A DNA stretch of 25,537 bases from Chthoniobacterales bacterium (lineage in GTDB: Bacteria > Verrucomicrobiota > Verrucomicrobiia > Chthoniobacterales > JAFAMB01). Each line of letters begins with the position of its first letter. Positions within the stretch are counted from its first letter, which is position 1. Shown here in pieces: positions 24,992 through 25,537 of the stretch. A model generated the notes under the pieces. The model had not been told where the DNA came from. It worked only from the letters and a program-made list of their open reading frames with translations, and made no database searches. The position numbers were made by a program, and so were the translations under genes. The stretch spans positions 1 to 25,537 of the forward strand of contig DATHPI010000149.1 in NCBI GenBank assembly GCA_035484035.1, in the 5' to 3' direction.

Positions 24992-25106
24992 TCTGGCGAC
25001 GTCCTACTCTCGCACAACCTAGAGATGCACTACCATTGGGGCTGCAGCGTTTCACTTCCGTGTTCGGAATGGGAACGGGTGGGACCACTGCGCTATGATC
25101 ACCAGA
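24992..25106 (-). rRNA. rrf: 5S rRNA
   Basis: The reverse complement reads tctggtgatcatagcgcagtggtcccacccgttcccattccgaacacggaagtgaaacgctgcagccccaatggtagtg…gcgagagtaggacgtcgccaga. It has the universal 5S blocks (CCCGTTCCCATTCCGAACACGGAAGT, GATGGTAGTG, GAGAGTAGGAC). Confidence 0.85.
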
Positions 25107-25364
25107 AGGCTGGTGAAGCTGAAACTAGCCCGTGGGGGAAAACTTCGGGGGCGGTCTTTTCTCAACTTCACCAGAAAATCTGGTCACCGATTTTGATCGC
25201 GCCGGCCTTGGCCAGCGCTTTCCTTAAAAGAACAAGGTGTTCTCTGAAATCTGCATATTGGAAGAAACTTTGGATCTGAACTTTCAAAAATTGATTGCAC
25301 TGTGCCTCCGATCGTAGGGAACCTGCTCCCGCTTACGCGGGCAGGACCGATCAGACAGCAGAAA

Positions 25365-25537
<173 letters not shown>

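Noticed and set aside
24837-25279. ORFs of 83-84 aa at 24837-25088 (-) and 25025-25279 (+)
   Set aside because: They overlap the 5S rRNA gene and the 23S-5S spacer, so they are structural RNA and not coding sequence.

Overview
This 25.5 kb window looks like ordinary bacterial chromosome: about 55-57% GC, mostly weak or absent Shine-Dalgarno motifs, and no integrase, transposase, CRISPR array or phage genes. I did not find an obvious large novel system; the most interesting signals are small ones that the ORF track does not explain.

Genes in order:
- a truncated tRNA-Thr(GGT) on the minus strand at the left edge
- a YmdB-like metallophosphoesterase
- an Amidase_3-like cell-wall amidase, flanked on both sides by inverted copies of a GC-rich repeat
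- a complete rbsBAC-like sugar ABC transporter (binding protein, two-domain ATPase, permease)
- a DUF1269-like membrane protein
- tRNA-Pro(CGG), preceded by a 340-bp palindromic repeat structure
- a 697-aa flotillin/SPFH protein
- a NhaP-type Na+/H+ antiporter
- two small hypothetical genes, the second DUF2934-like
- a secreted YHS-domain protein
- a small GNAT acetyltransferase whose start codon overlaps (ATGA) a 53-aa ribbon-helix-helix-like ORF absent from the ORF track
- a carbohydrate-related cluster: three Gfo/Idh/MocA oxidoreductases, a cupin, a family-1 solute-binding protein, a truncated ABC permease remnant, a secreted DUF1311/LprI-like protein and two SGNH/GDSL hydrolases
- the 3' end of a minus-strand rRNA operon (23S partial, 5S, hairpin terminator)

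Observations worth a second look:
- the GNAT plus RHH-like small-ORF pair, which resembles a toxin-antitoxin-like module
- a roughly 100-bp tandem repeat next to the rRNA terminator that carries the only strong AGGAGG ribosome-binding site in the window and encodes an internally duplicated small hydrophobic peptide
- two REP/BIME-like inverted-repeat families: one flanks and contributes coding sequence to the amidase; the other sits next to tRNA-Pro and at two further loci
- a decayed sugar transporter (binding protein plus truncated permease)
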